Assembly (NCBI GenBank): GCA_965178125.1
Contig: OZ237738.1
Span: 248,001 to 312,000, forward strand
Direction of reading: 5' to 3'
Source: Bilabrum cf. latius
Lineage: Eukaryota
Length of the DNA stretch: 64,000 nt
A program made the translations under genes and the position numbers. Numbering within the stretch: position 1 is the stretch's first letter; every line of letters begins with the position of its first letter. Shown here piece after piece: positions 1-12,500 of the stretch. The notes below the pieces were generated by a model. It searched no databases and was not told the origin of the DNA. It worked only from the letters and a program-made list of their open reading frames with translations.

Positions 1-3000
1 GCGCGCCGTGCGCGAAAGCTAAGCGTCAATGTGATGGCGATAGACCGTGTGCCCGATGCGTCCAGCGCAATCATGCGCATTTGTGCATTGACAGCGTCGA
101 CAAGCGCAGCAAGTCATCAAAGCCGAACAGCTCGTAGAGCTCCGCTCGGTCTAGTACCCACAAAGTTGCTGCACCGCCAAAGCAACGATCAAGCGATTTG
201 AGTCTTGAGCTTGCTGATCCGGTGGCTGGCTATCCAAGGCCGCCCCCTGGGGGTGGGGTATGGGGCCAGGTGGGCGGGCAAGCCAGTGCCGGGCCCCGCC
301 CACAACCGCTCGTGATGCCGCCTGGAGGCACGCCAGGTGGAATACCGTACCTGGGTAACTCTCCGGGATCGGGAATTGCTGGTGGGCTAGTGAGGCGGGG
401 CCAGAGCGGCGGCTCTCCCCTAGGTCGTGGCGCATCAGCCGAGGCCTCCACAGCTGGCGCGCATAATCGAGGTGGGTTTGGTGCTTCTGGCTCTGGCACT
501 GGCAGGGCCGCGCTGGCCAGCGGGTACAGTGGGGAGATACGAGCTAGCTCTGGACGATAGGGGGGCGGCCGGAAGAGTCTTGCTGGCTAGGCAGTGTTAT
601 CCAACGTGTACCAGGCCCGGCCACCGCTTGACACGTCGGCAGGATCTGCAGTCGATCCCGGGTCTTTCTCTGGGTCCAGCTTGGCTCTTGATAGGTCGGT
701 GCTTCCCCCCTCTGGTCCTGGTTAGATGGACATGCAGCGTGGCTCATTAGGCGCTAGTTCTCGCAGCTTCGGAGCCGGGAGTGCGACTGATGCAGACCTG
801 TTTGCGGAGTCTGCACCGGCGCAACAGCACTCAATGGCGGGGCGGGGTGGCCATAGGGCGAGCGCGGCGTCCTCCTAGCCTGTTTAGCAGTTCTCATCCG
901 CATCTGGTACTCGTGGCACTCCGCAGGCAGCCCATTAGTCTGCTGCAGGCATGCCGATGGGCGCTGGACTGGGACTAGGGACCAGCTCAGCCGGTGCAGG
1001 AATGGAGAGGTTCCCCAGAGCGACCGCTCCGCCCTTCGCGGTGCCTTCCGGGGCGCAGTTTGTCGCAGGTGTGAGGGAGGTGTCCGCGTCTGACAGTAGC
1101 CGGAGCATTTCTGAGAGCAGAGAGATCGAAACGATGCTGCCACCGGCGCGACAGGACAGCAATACCAGCGGACAGTTTCCACTGCTCACGGTGCCGCCGT
1201 CTAGCTCGGCAGCTGCAAGACAGCAGTTGCCACCTGTCCGACCGCTGATGGTAGTTTCATCAGGTGGAAAACAGATCAGGGGCCCAGCGTACCGGCAAGG
1301 CGCGCAGGCAGGCGCCAGCAGCAGCGCCAGCAGCAGCAGTAGTGGTGCTGGGAGTGCTCTGGCGCAGGCGGGGCAAGGTTTGCTGCAGCAGAGCTTCAAT
1401 CGAGGCGGTCCAGGGCAGAATCCTCCCACGATGCAGGCCGTGCAGCAGAGAATGGGAGGTAGCAGTGACAGCCTGCCGCTGGGAAGCTCCAAGAACCGGG
1501 CTGAGCCGTCGCAGGAGAGGGGGGCCATCTACAGCGGGGCAGTAGCAGGGCAAAATGCCTTCCAGAGCGTGACATCTGCGGGCAGCATGTCCATGTTTTC
1601 ATCTGGATAGACGGGTAGGCAAGCTCCGAATCAGAATCAGGGGCAGACCCTGGGCCAAGGGGATGGCCAGGGCATGGGTTCACCTGGAGCCGCGGGTGCT
1701 CGACCAGCGCAGCCAAGCGGCATGTTCTCATCGGGGGGTACCCATGGGCCGCAAGCAACTGCCATGTTTTCGTCCGGCGGGACGGCGGAACAAAGCGGGA
1801 TGTTTGAGTCTGGTCAGAGCGTACCAAGGGGCGGGGCTAGCTTGTTTTCATCTGCCGGTTCCGCCCCGCAGGGGCAACAGACGCGATGGGCGAACAGTCG
1901 AGGCGGTACTGGCCCCAGCCAGTCACAGGGCGGCCCGCCAGCCACTGCCCAGCTGATGGATGACAAGGGAAACGTGCGGTTCCAGCTTCCTCTGCGGCGG
2001 CCGCATCGACGGAGGAAGGTGGATGGATTTGAGGGCGTGTCGATCGACGAGTGCGGTGGCCTGCGCATTGAGCTTGGCGACGTGGCGGGGACCGGACCGT
2101 CCTTGTCCACGGAAAGCGGTGCGAGCGCAAGGTCGTTGGGGCCATAGAGCGGGGGCTGCGGCAGCAGCGTGGAGCCGCCCAAGGCAGGCGTGAAGGCTCT
2201 GCTGGGAGCCGGAACGCACTTTGGGCTTGCGGTCCCTGCAGGCATCGAGGCTGAGATCGATTCCAACATTGGGCGAGTGGGCGACCTGCCGTCCGGACGC
2301 GACTGCTGGATGCCAGAGGATGACGCCGCGTGCGCTGCGTTGGCTTGCTCTGATGTGCCCTCAATCCACTACGTCCACGATGGTCGCAAGCTCGAGCCTG
2401 CCTACGTTTGGTACTCCCCAAGTGCGCTGCAGTTCCTTCGTATGGACAGGGGCAAGCTGCGATGGCTGCTTGGTGCCGTAAAGGGCAGCGTGTCCGGGAA
2501 GCTCAAGGCAAAGCGCAAGCGGCGCGGGAAGAGCAAGAGTGCGTTGGCTCCGTTCGTGTGGATCCACCCGGACGATGTGCCCGCGCACTCTGCTGCTATC
2601 CTGAGACAGCACCTGGTTAGACACGAAGAATCGAGGTCGATGGCTAGAGTGGTGGTGTTTGGCGCGCCGACGGAGCCCGACTATGGCAGCGGAGCATCCG
2701 TGGTGAGTGGTACAACAGGCACAATGCGAACTGGGGCATCCGCAGCAGGCGCTCCTGGGGCGGCCTCGACTGCAGGCAGGGACACTAGCATGCCGCTGAC
2801 TGGACCGCCTGCCAGCGAGCACCCGCTGGACAATTTGGTTGGTCGAGCAGTGCCCTGCGCGTGGGTGACCCGCGTGCACTGGCACGGGGTGTGCCCCCGG
2901 GCGATGACCGTCGTCATGCACCCGCTGCCGCGGGATGGCTGGCACATGCGCGCGTTCTACAACATGCCGAGAGGCATGTCTAGCAGGCAGCAGAGACTGC

Positions 3001-6000
3001 TGGCGTCTCAGCTGCAGCTCACCGTTCGCACTGGCGTGCTGCTTCCGGGCACGAGTTCGGACCCAGCGGAGGACGCTGCTGCAGCCTTGCAGGCGGAGCT
3101 CGCCAACGAGGATGCTGGCTTGCTGTCGCCGCGGCAATCCGAAGGCCAGGACAGTGTTGTGCTGAGGCGGTATGGCACGAGTCAGACCATCGCATCGTCG
3201 TTCCTGGGGCGGCACGGACTGCAACACATGGGTGTATCAGCGGAGTCGCGAGGTGCCTCCGTGACGGCCACCCCTCGCCGAGGCACCACCGAAGACGGCG
3301 ACTACCTGCCTCCGATGCAGGAGGACAGGGACATGGGAGAAATAGCCACTCCGCGCGCGGACAGGCTCAACGGCGGGCAGGAGGCTCCCGACCTCGTGGG
3401 AGTGACTGGTGCTGGGGCGCAGGCTCGACTGCGGATGCACCGATACTCGTCGGAGACCCCATCGTAGCCCCTGATCAACGGCGGACAGCGGGCCGACAGA
3501 TACACTTCGAGCAGGATGCGTGAGCGGGACTCTGCAGGCGGCAAGTCATCTGGGCGTGGTTCGAGCGGTAGCCGTTGGCACCTGCACACAGACGTGCGAC
3601 CTACTGATTACGATGAAGACGCTCAAGCTCCTTCTCCCATTGTGCCTTCACGCACGCTGCAGCCCGGCAGTGACGACAGAGCAGGGGCGAAGGGACGGGA
3701 TGCATCGGGCAGTGACAGCGTTGGGCTGCGGAATAGAGTACCTGCCCTGCCGATTCGCGGGGGAGGTCTAGGTCTAGGGTCCATGGGTCATAGCCAAGGA
3801 TCCGACTCTTATATACTTGGTAGCGCAGGCAGAATGTCCATTAGGAGCGAGGGTGCAGACGGTGACAGCATCAGGGGCAGTCACGACGGGCCGCGGGCTG
3901 CTCTGACACGCTCCATGCGACCAAAGCACGTGACGCGGCAGATGTCGAGCAACAGTGCCAGCAGCGGCTACTGGGACCAACAGAGTGCCAGGGCTATGAT
4001 GACGCAGGGCCGGTAGCAAGTGAAATCTAGCAGAGGACCCCACGGGGCCGCACAGTCTCCAGAGGTGCTTCGGCCCGACGACGTTATCGGGGCTGTCGCT
4101 GGGGGCATGCGGAATGACTCTGCCACTTCAGCGGCAGGTTACGGTCGGGGTAGCTACTCTATATCGGGCTCAATCGGCAAGAGTTTCTCTGGTATGGATG
4201 ACTTGCTGGCAGACGGGGCCCACGGAGAATCGCGGCCCGCGGCTCCAGGCAGTCTATCCTCGCGCGACAGCTTGGCTTCGCCGGGGCACGGCAAGCAGCA
4301 GTTGCCTATGGCAGGAGGTGGCTTCCGTCCCGGCGGGCGGTTGGGGACTGTGAGAGGCAAATTTCACTCGGATGGAGGACCTGGCAGTCCCGGTATGAGT
4401 TCGCCTCCCATGAGCGGCAGGCTGCCACCCGTGAAGGAGGGAGTGCAGTACGACGAGGCGATGCAGCGCGCCATGTCTGGAGATGTCTCCGATGCAGATG
4501 AAATAGAAATGGAGAGACCGATTCGTCGCAGGCAGGGTGAAAATGGAATGGGATCCCCTGGCCAGTCACGGGCGCCACGTCGTCTCCAGCCCCACCCGGC
4601 CGACCGTCAGCTGAACGGGCAGAGGCATTCCACGACGAGCAGTGACGAGAAGCGGCACTCCAGCGGATCGCAAGGAGACAACAGCGTGCGTTACCGCCGC
4701 ATGATGCTGCGGCCTGGTGAGAACGAGTCTTCTAAGCCCATTAGTATGAGTCGACTGCACGCGGACCCGTCTGGTTCCGGCGACCAGGGTGCGGCAGCAG
4801 GCCAGGCGAGCATGGAGGATGACGGCACCAACGAGTCGATACAGCCGATACCAATGCCGAGGGATGGCGATCGCGACAAGCGCGTAGTCTCGTTTGACCG
4901 AGAACAGCCGCGTCATATGCGCGGAATGCAGGGATCAGGCTCTTCCTTTGAGTTGGGAGCCAAGGAGGGGTGGCCCGGCTCCAACAGAATGTCCAGCGCA
5001 ATGTCAGAGGTTTCACTGCAGTCTTCAGTGCTGCCTCGAAAAAAGGCGCGATTCGGCCGATCAGTAGATCCTGACGTTGAGCATTAGCACGGCATGGTAC
5101 CCTTTGGGTCCTCTGCCGGCATGCTCGGCTCGTTGGGACCCGCGGGTGCCTCCGGTGATAGCAACGACAGCGCAATTCCCGGCGGGGGGCTGGACGTGCA
5201 GCCGCATGACCCGGTGCGGGGCGTAGGAAGCCCGCCCTTCGTGGCCAGTCTTGTAGGGTAGCAAAGCGGAGGGCGCAACGACGCTTCGTTTGGCTTCATC
5301 GGTGCAGGCGGGCGAGCTGCGGATCCCATGCTAACTAACACACAGGGAAATGAGATGTCGCGGATTGGCAGCTCAAAGGCAGTACCCAACTCCTGGGTAA
5401 AAAAGCGGCACGCATAGCAAGGCGGCAAGGCAGACTTTGCGATCGATCCTCGGGATGGATGTAGGGACCCGCGGCAGATCTCGCTTCGGGGCCCGTATGG
5501 TCTTCGCCTCATGCAGATGGCACTACTCGAGGTTGAGATCGCAGTCGGTTCAGATGGTGAGCTGTCTGCCTCCATGCACAGGGTAGTTGAGCTGGGCGAC
5601 AGCATGTGGCCGGTGCTGGATGCATTCAAGATTACCACTGGGAGAGGGGTTGAGGGTCAGCACCTCGTCTCAACGGGGAGCAGCAAGACAAGCATGGGGA
5701 TGCATGGCGCTTCCAGCCATGCAATGTCGGGTGCTGACACATCAATGAGCAGCCGGCGCGGCGCGCTGGTTTCGTTCGACCAGCAGTCGACCTCCACTGG
5801 TGGGCGGGGCTCGGTTGCCCGTGGAACGAGCGCCTCCCACTCGGCCCAGTCGACTGCCGTCAGCGCCCTGGCGTTCCCCGCCCTGTTCTGCGCTGCGAGA
5901 AGCGTTGCGACTGCGGTACGGTCCCCCGACAAAATTAGCGAGCATCCGCGCAGCGACATGCTTGCGTCCATTGTTCCCAGTGACCTGCAGGATAAGCAAG

Positions 6001-6446
6001 CTGGAGTCGGTGAGGGTGGAGCTGCGGCGGCCGACAAGCCTCCCGCCTCCTCCCTGCTTGGAGGCAAGAGGACAAGGTAGGAGCGACGCGAGCAGGCAAA
6101 GACTTCCCCCATCCAAGCCGGGACAGGTATGCCGCCACCGCAGTCTTCTGCAGATCAGGCGCCGGGCGGGGGCTCGAAGCAGCTGCCATTTTCGCTGCAA
6201 GTCGTGCTTGAGCCAACGCCGGTGCCCGTCGGGCTTGCCGCGCGCGCCTCTTCTGCCACGCTGCTGATGAGGTCATTCAAGGTGGCTGAGATGCTTGTGG
6301 GTGCAGCCGGTCGCGCTATGCAAATCTAGTCAGCGTTCGAGCTCACGGCCAGCCCTTACGGGGGCGGTAAGCGGTCACCGGCGTACAGAAGCGGTGACAG
6401 CGGCCTGACGGATCCGGATGGATCCGCGGGATCGGGTGGGCTTTGA
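1..6446 (+). CDS. Zn(II)2Cys6 (GAL4-like) zinc-cluster transcription factor, 5' partial, >2,140 aa, possible PAS-like domain
   Basis: Frame starting at nt 3 reads [C]APCAKAKRQCDGDRPCARCVQRNHAHLCID (C-x2-C-x6-C-x5-C-x2-C-x8-C; the first Cys codon is cut by the window edge). The frame stays open through about 16 in-frame TAGs, joining ORFs 198, 951, 1674, 2169, 3516, 4020, 5511 and 6129, to TGA at 6444-6446. The motif YVWYSPSALQFL...FVWIHPDD at about 2400-2580 is PAS_3-like. Confidence 0.85.
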
Positions 6447-6597
6447 CCCGGGATCGTTTTTCCGGGATTGTTTGCTACGTAAACCAAACGTGTTGTAAAC
6501 TAGTATGTACACTACGGCCAGGAACAGGTCAAGATAATCTTCCTGCACGGTATGCATGAAATATCCAAAACAGATCTGGTCCAAAAGCACACGGCGC

Positions 6598-9303
6598 TCA
6601 GAACCTGAAGGTCGTGCTCGCACCCATAGCCCAAGGAAATTTGTCACGGAGCGTCTGGGGGAAGACCTTCTCGATCGGGCAGCTGTTGCGCTTGCACCAC
6701 GCGACGGTGACGCGGGGGTCCATGTAGTTGATCTTGCTGGTGCTCAGACTCACGTTCTTGGTGTCGTCCTTGTTCTTGAGAGCAAGCTCCTTCTTGCGGA
6801 TCCTATCCTCGTATGACTTGACCCTTCTAGTGACCGTTTCCGCGCTCGGCTGCTGGCCAAACAAGTGCGACTCGGCGGCTCTTCGCTCCTTCTGCAGGTC
6901 GGTCAGCTCCGAGGTCTTCTTGGCCCAGTGCGGCTTGCTCGAGTCCTTGAGCTTGAGCTTGGTACCCTTCTTGACCTAGTTTCGCATCGTCTTAAGCTCC
7001 TTCAGCTGCTTCTTGAGCAAGTCCAAACTGGCCTGCATCTTAGCTAGGGACTTCTCGAAGCTCTTCGGCACTGATCTCTGATGGTTGCACAGGATGGCCA
7101 CCTTCTTGTTGGCCCGATCGTACTCTACCTTCATGTCGTTGGCGGTGGCCCACGGCTTCATGTCGCCAATCTCGCGCTCCAGCGTAATCGACGCGTTGTA
7201 GGTACGGAACACCTTGGCCGAGAGCCCAGGCATGAGCTTATGCAGCTCATCGTTCAGCTTGCTGGGGTTCAGCTCGTCAAACACGTCCTCCTGAGGCTGC
7301 TTGCCTCTGCAGAAGCTGCGAATGTTCTCGTACACCTTGCGCCCGATGCGGCCGTACCGCCCGATGTCGAGGGTCTGAAAGAACCTCATAGAATCCTTGC
7401 CGAGGAAGTCAAACGTGATTGCGTACTGCTTCTCCTCGCCTGCAGCAGCGGCAGCTGAAGATGAGGACGACGACGACGACGACGACGACGAGCTAGCCCC
7501 GCCCGTAGCTGCAGTGCCTTCCATGTCCTCGTCCTCCTCGTCGCTTGGCACCGCATCGTAGTACACCTCTTCTCCGTCCATCTTCGGCGCCCTGGGCCCG
7601 CCATCCTCCTAAAACTGGATGTGTTCCACTCGCAGGGAGCAGCATCCCACCGTGTCCGCCTCGTCGTCGTCCTTCTCTCCGCCAACACGCAGCGCCAGCC
7701 GGTCGATGATCCACATGGCGGTGCCGCACTGCTGCTCAAACTTGTCCCTCGAGTCCAGCAGCCGCTCGTAGTGCGACCTGACGCGCCCGATGATGCGCGC
7801 AAGCTTGCGCGCCTTCTCGTACTTGTTCATGTCGCTCTTGCCCTTGAACCCGCTGCTGGCCGCCAGGTACACGTACTTTGTGCCTCCCATGACGTTCTCG
7901 CGCCAGAAGGCCAGCCATGTGACGGTCGGGTCGTGTATGACTCGGCCCCACTGGTGACCAGGGACCGGGCAGGGTGGCACGACTGCCTCTGGGCTGAGGT
8001 TGAGCGTGATCTGCTCGGGCTCCACCCTCCGCTTGAGCGTGCCCATCTTGGGGTGTACGCCGCGCCCGCGGAACAAGCTCGGCGGCTCGCACATGTAGTT
8101 GCCCATCTTCTGCAGGTGGCCGTCCACGATGGCGTACCCGTGCTTGATCTGCAGCTCCGTCTTGCCCGACTTCGCCGCCTCCTTCTCCTCCTTGGTCATC
8201 GCGTCCTTCTCCTCCTTCAGCTTTTCGAACCGGGACACGAAGTCCTTGAAGTCCACCTTCTGCAGGTCCTTGATCTTGTGGTCCCTTCCCAATGCCTGCA
8301 CATGGTGTGTTTAAGAGCGGTGGAAACAGAAACAAGGGATTGCACACAAGCAGTGGTGAGACCAGGAGCACCTTCACCATCTGCCCTCATCGCGAGCGGT
8401 GCTCTGGTTGATCACTCTGAACTAGACGCGCGCGGTTGGCATTTGATCCAGCGGTCTATTCTCTCACCTTGCTCCAATCCTTCCAAAAATTCTTTCTGAA
8501 CAGCCTGGCAGTCTCCTCCTTCTGCAGCTGCTGGATGTTCGTGTACAGGCACTGGGCGTACAGGTTGGCCATCTCCTCCTGCACGGGAGTCAGGCGCACC
8601 GCTTCGCCCTCGTAGTACACGGGCAATCCATGCGGCTCGTAGTCTGGGGGGAAAATCACGCCGGCGTGCTCCATCGTGGTCCAGTGGGTGCCAGCCGGAG
8701 GTTCAGGCTCGTCCCACCATCGGTGGGCTTGCATGGCAAGGTCCAAGATCTTCAGATCGCTGAGCTCCTTTACCTTACCGGTCCTAGCCACTACCTTAAC
8801 GCCACTAGCCGATTTAGATTTCGACTTCGACGCCTTGCTTGCTGTTTTCTTCCCTTTCGCCTTCGCAGAAGGCTTCTTGGCCGCCTTGGGCTTCTTTGCC
8901 GCCGGCTTCTTGGCTTTTGCCTTCCCCTTCTTCGCTGAGGCCTTGCTTCCGGACTTCGATCCAACTCTTGCCTTCTTCTTCGCGGGCTGCATTGCAAAAC
9001 AGAGTCACAGATGAGGGCGCCGAGAAGATATGCGAAACGGTGCGACCTCCAGGCTAGCTAACACCAATCGGGGTCATACTGGACATTCTTGCTCACCTTA
9101 GATGTCTTTGATTCGCCATCATCATCAAAATCACCATCCGAATCGCCATCCGCTCCAGGTCCGCTGTCGTCTGAGGCTTCGAAGTCGTCTTCTTGGCCGT
9201 CGCTTTCAGCATACGAGATTTGGTCACGCTTTCGCTTCCTTGACGACCCTTCGCTTCCCCCTTCCATTGGTACCTGATCCGAACCGGCACCTGAGCTGGC
9301 CAT
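6598..9303 (-). CDS. TOP1: DNA topoisomerase I (type IB), ~807 aa, 3 exons: 9303-9097, 8986-8468, 8295-6598
   Basis: Motifs [79 protein letters not shown] and catalytic SKINYMDPR. Two in-frame TAGs (7609-7611, 6976-6978) must be read through to reach the catalytic Tyr. Ends at TGA. Confidence 0.97.
7466..7491. repeat. (GAC)8 microsatellite encoding poly-Ser in a TOP1 insertion
   Basis: gacgacgacgacgacgacgacgacga on the + strand; TCG run on the coding strand. Confidence 0.9.
8296..8467 (-). other. Spliceosomal intron 2 of TOP1 (172 nt)
   Basis: AAG|GTGAGAG ... TGTGCAG|GCA joins NFWKDWSK to [16 protein letters not shown], matching conserved TOP1 spacing. Confidence 0.9.
8987..9096 (-). other. 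Spliceosomal intron 1 of TOP1 (110 nt)
   Basis: AAG|GTGAGC ... TTTTGCAATGCAG|CCC joins KTSK to PAKKKARV in frame. Confidence 0.8.
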
Positions 9304-9512
9304 TGTTGAACTTTTAGCTTTGTGTGCTTTACAAACTGCCGAGTAAACCTCATTGAACCAATTCAAGTTAAACCACACGAACGAATCGATAAAGTACACC
9401 TTATAAAAATACCAAAAGGAATTACTTTTCTCCAACATGTGTGCTGAGCGTTGTTTAGGAAAGAGATCACATGTCCAATAGAGCTCATTTTCATGCCTTG
9501 ATCAACTCACTG

Positions 9513-12500
9513 TCACACACGAATGGAGCGTCCCAACTCGTGCGAGCCACCCACCGGCTGCCTCGCTTTGGTCCCGTCCACGTTCGCATTGGTGCTAGAT
9601 CCAGCGCTCGTGTCCGGCAGAGCCACCGGCTGCCAGCCTCGAGCCTGGGCCGCAGCAGTGCCAATGAGCGCCTCCAGTTCCGCGCGAGCAGCTGCAGCCG
9701 CAGCCTGGGCCTCCTCCTCCTCCTGCCAGAGCCTCGCCAGCCCGTGCTCCCTGCTCCTCCTGACGGACCCTGCGGAACCGGCAAGCGCCGCCGCGCGCTC
9801 GCGGTACACCAGCCCGCGGGCAAAGCACGCGTGCGCGTGCTCCGAGGACGCAGTCGCGCCCCCGCCCGCCTGCCGAAGAACCCTGAGCAGAGACAGTACC
9901 ACCCGCTCGGACGCCGCCAGCAGCCTAGGGGACGCGGGGCCCAGCCGAGAGGCCGCCTCGGCAACGTGCCAGGGGGCGCACGGGGACGGGCGCGCCGCCG
10001 ACCCACCCGCGCCGGATCGTCCCATCCTCCCAGCATCTGGACTACCAGCTGCAGTGCCAGCCATGGCTGCCTGCGTGCTGTTGAGCTGGGCAGTGGACGC
10101 CAGGATGGCGCCTGTCTAAGTGGACCCCAGGCCGAATCCACCCCGCGACCCCGCGCCGCCACTACCCCTGCTGGAAAGCTCCGCAGCACCGCCGCTGAGG
10201 ATCTTCTCGTGCGATTCCACGCCGCTCTTGCGACCGGCACCGCCCTCTTGCCCGCCCTCCGCATCGCCGACGGCACCAGCACCAGTCGGACTGTTCCTGC
10301 CCGTTGCCCGCCGACCCACCAGCCCATAAGCACCCTGCGAGGCCACGAGCGCGCCTCCATCTGCCATGGCCAGCAGGTGCGCATCGGGAGACAGGGAGCT
10401 CCCCGCCGCCGCCCGCCGCGCCGCGTCTTCGCCCTAGCCCCCTTCGCCGCCAAGCTGGTCCGGGAGACCCGCCGCCCTGGTCCGGCTCGCCTCTAGAGCG
10501 ACCGTTGCCTCAGGCCGGGTGGCTCGGTGCAGCAGCTGGCCAGAGGCCTCTGTCGCGCTGTCGATGGCCCGCAGGGAATCGACGCCCAGGCTCGTGCGCA
10601 GAGTCTCCGGCGAGGCTCGGCCGAGGGCACCAGCCGCGTGTCCGATCTCCCGACCGAGTTCCGCATCGGCGGCGCCGCGCCGCACGGCTCCCGGCAGCGA
10701 TGATCCGATCCCCCCGAAGGGTTTTCCCCTGGAGGATGCTCTCCTCCTCACGTCGGGGTCATCTGCCGCCTCCTCTTCCGCCTCATCTTCGCCCAGCTTG
10801 GACTCCCCGGCACCAGACCCGAACCCCACCAGCGCGCCGCTCGTGGCGAGCACGCCGCCGGTTGCATCGGGCAACGAGTCCCTGTGCCTGATGGCGGCTG
10901 GTGACCCGGGCGGCGCCCTGGAGGCAGCCAGGTGCTGCCCCGTCCTGGCCAGCTCCAACCCCACGATGCCTACCTGCTCCAGCCAGCCCTGGGAAGATGC
11001 GTCCCTTGTCACCCGCACGTTCAGCCTCTCCGCAAGCGAGAGCGGGGTCTGTCCCCGCCTGTTGTGCCGGAGCACGAGGGTGGCTCCCTGGTCCCTGGCT
11101 CCCAAAGCAATCGCTGACACGCAGTCGGGCCTTAGCGCACGCACCGCCGTGTGCAGAGGTGTGTCGCCCCACGCATTGGCCGCAAAAGGGTCGGCGGGCG
11201 CCCATTTGGCGCTTCGGGCTGCTTCTTCCTGCTCCTGGGTGAATCCAGAGGGCCCGGGCGAGTCGAATATCCCGAGCGAGCCGTGCACCCCCCGGCCTCC
11301 GACGCGGCCACGCAGCAGCAGCTAGCAGAGTCGGGCATGCCCGCGCGCAGCCGCAAGGTGCAGCGGTGTCCACCGGAGTGGCCCACACGGTGCGCTGGCA
11401 TCGGCCCCCGCGGCCAGCAGGTGCACAGCGGCGGCTTCACAGCCGGCGGCGCACGCAGCGTGGAGCGGGGTGTGCCAGTGTTCCAGCCATCGCACCAGCG
11501 GTGGCACACCCCCGCCCCTTGCCCCCGCACGAGCGGCCCCACCGAAAAGCCAGGCGGGCATCGAAGGATGCAGCGCGGCCGCAAGCGTCTCTCTCCGGAA
11601 CTGCCGAGCCGCAAACCTGCCGCGCTCGCCAGCCGTCGGGCTGCTCCCGCTCGGACCAAATGCAGACGGCGAGTCACCACCACCGGTCGCAAACATGGGG
11701 CTGCCGAGCGTGGGAGACTCGTTCCCTGCCGACAGGAATCCCGAGCCGCCCAAGACCTCTGCCGCATCAGTCAGGTCGCCCCCCATGGCTGCCTGCAGCT
11801 CCTCGGCCCAGGCAAGGGACAGCCGAAGGGAATCGCCGTCCGAGCCAGCAGCATCTGGCAGCAGGTCGAGGTCTAGCGACGGGCCCTCGCCCTGAGACCC
11901 AAGCACAGCCTCCAGCGACGGCTCATCGCCGCCGCTGCCAGTGTGGCTGCCTGCGTGCTGCTGCACGATGCGCTCAGCGGCAAGCGACCGCGAAGATCGC
12001 TCGCCCTCCGTTGCAGGCGAGGCTGTGGCGGCACCAGCACCAGCGCCAGCAGCAGCGGCTGCGCGCCTCCTCGCCTCCCTCTCTTGCCTCGCCTCCCACA
12101 GGGACCGCGAAGTCGCGAAGCTCAGCGCCCCGCGCGACACACCGGAACTGGCCACGACGGCGAGACCTGGGGGATTCGCAGTCGTGGGCTGCACCCAAAA
12201 GCCGGCCTGCACAGCGAGCCACACGGGCAGTTCTAGCGCCAGCGGCCCGCCGCACGCCAGGGCTGCAGCTAGCCGCCGCCTGTAGAGCTGCTCTGCGGCG
12301 GCCATGGGCAGCTTGCTCGGGCGGTCTTCCACCTTTTGCAGGGCCTGAAGAGCACCGCGAGCCGCAGCACGCAGGCTTTGCGGGTCCGCTGGGGAGGGCA
12401 TGCTTCGCTCCAGCAACGGGCCCCCCGCAGTCTGCGGCGACTCCGCCTTGATGGCCCGGCAAGCGAGGGCGGCCACGTGCCACGGACCAAGCCGCGGCCC

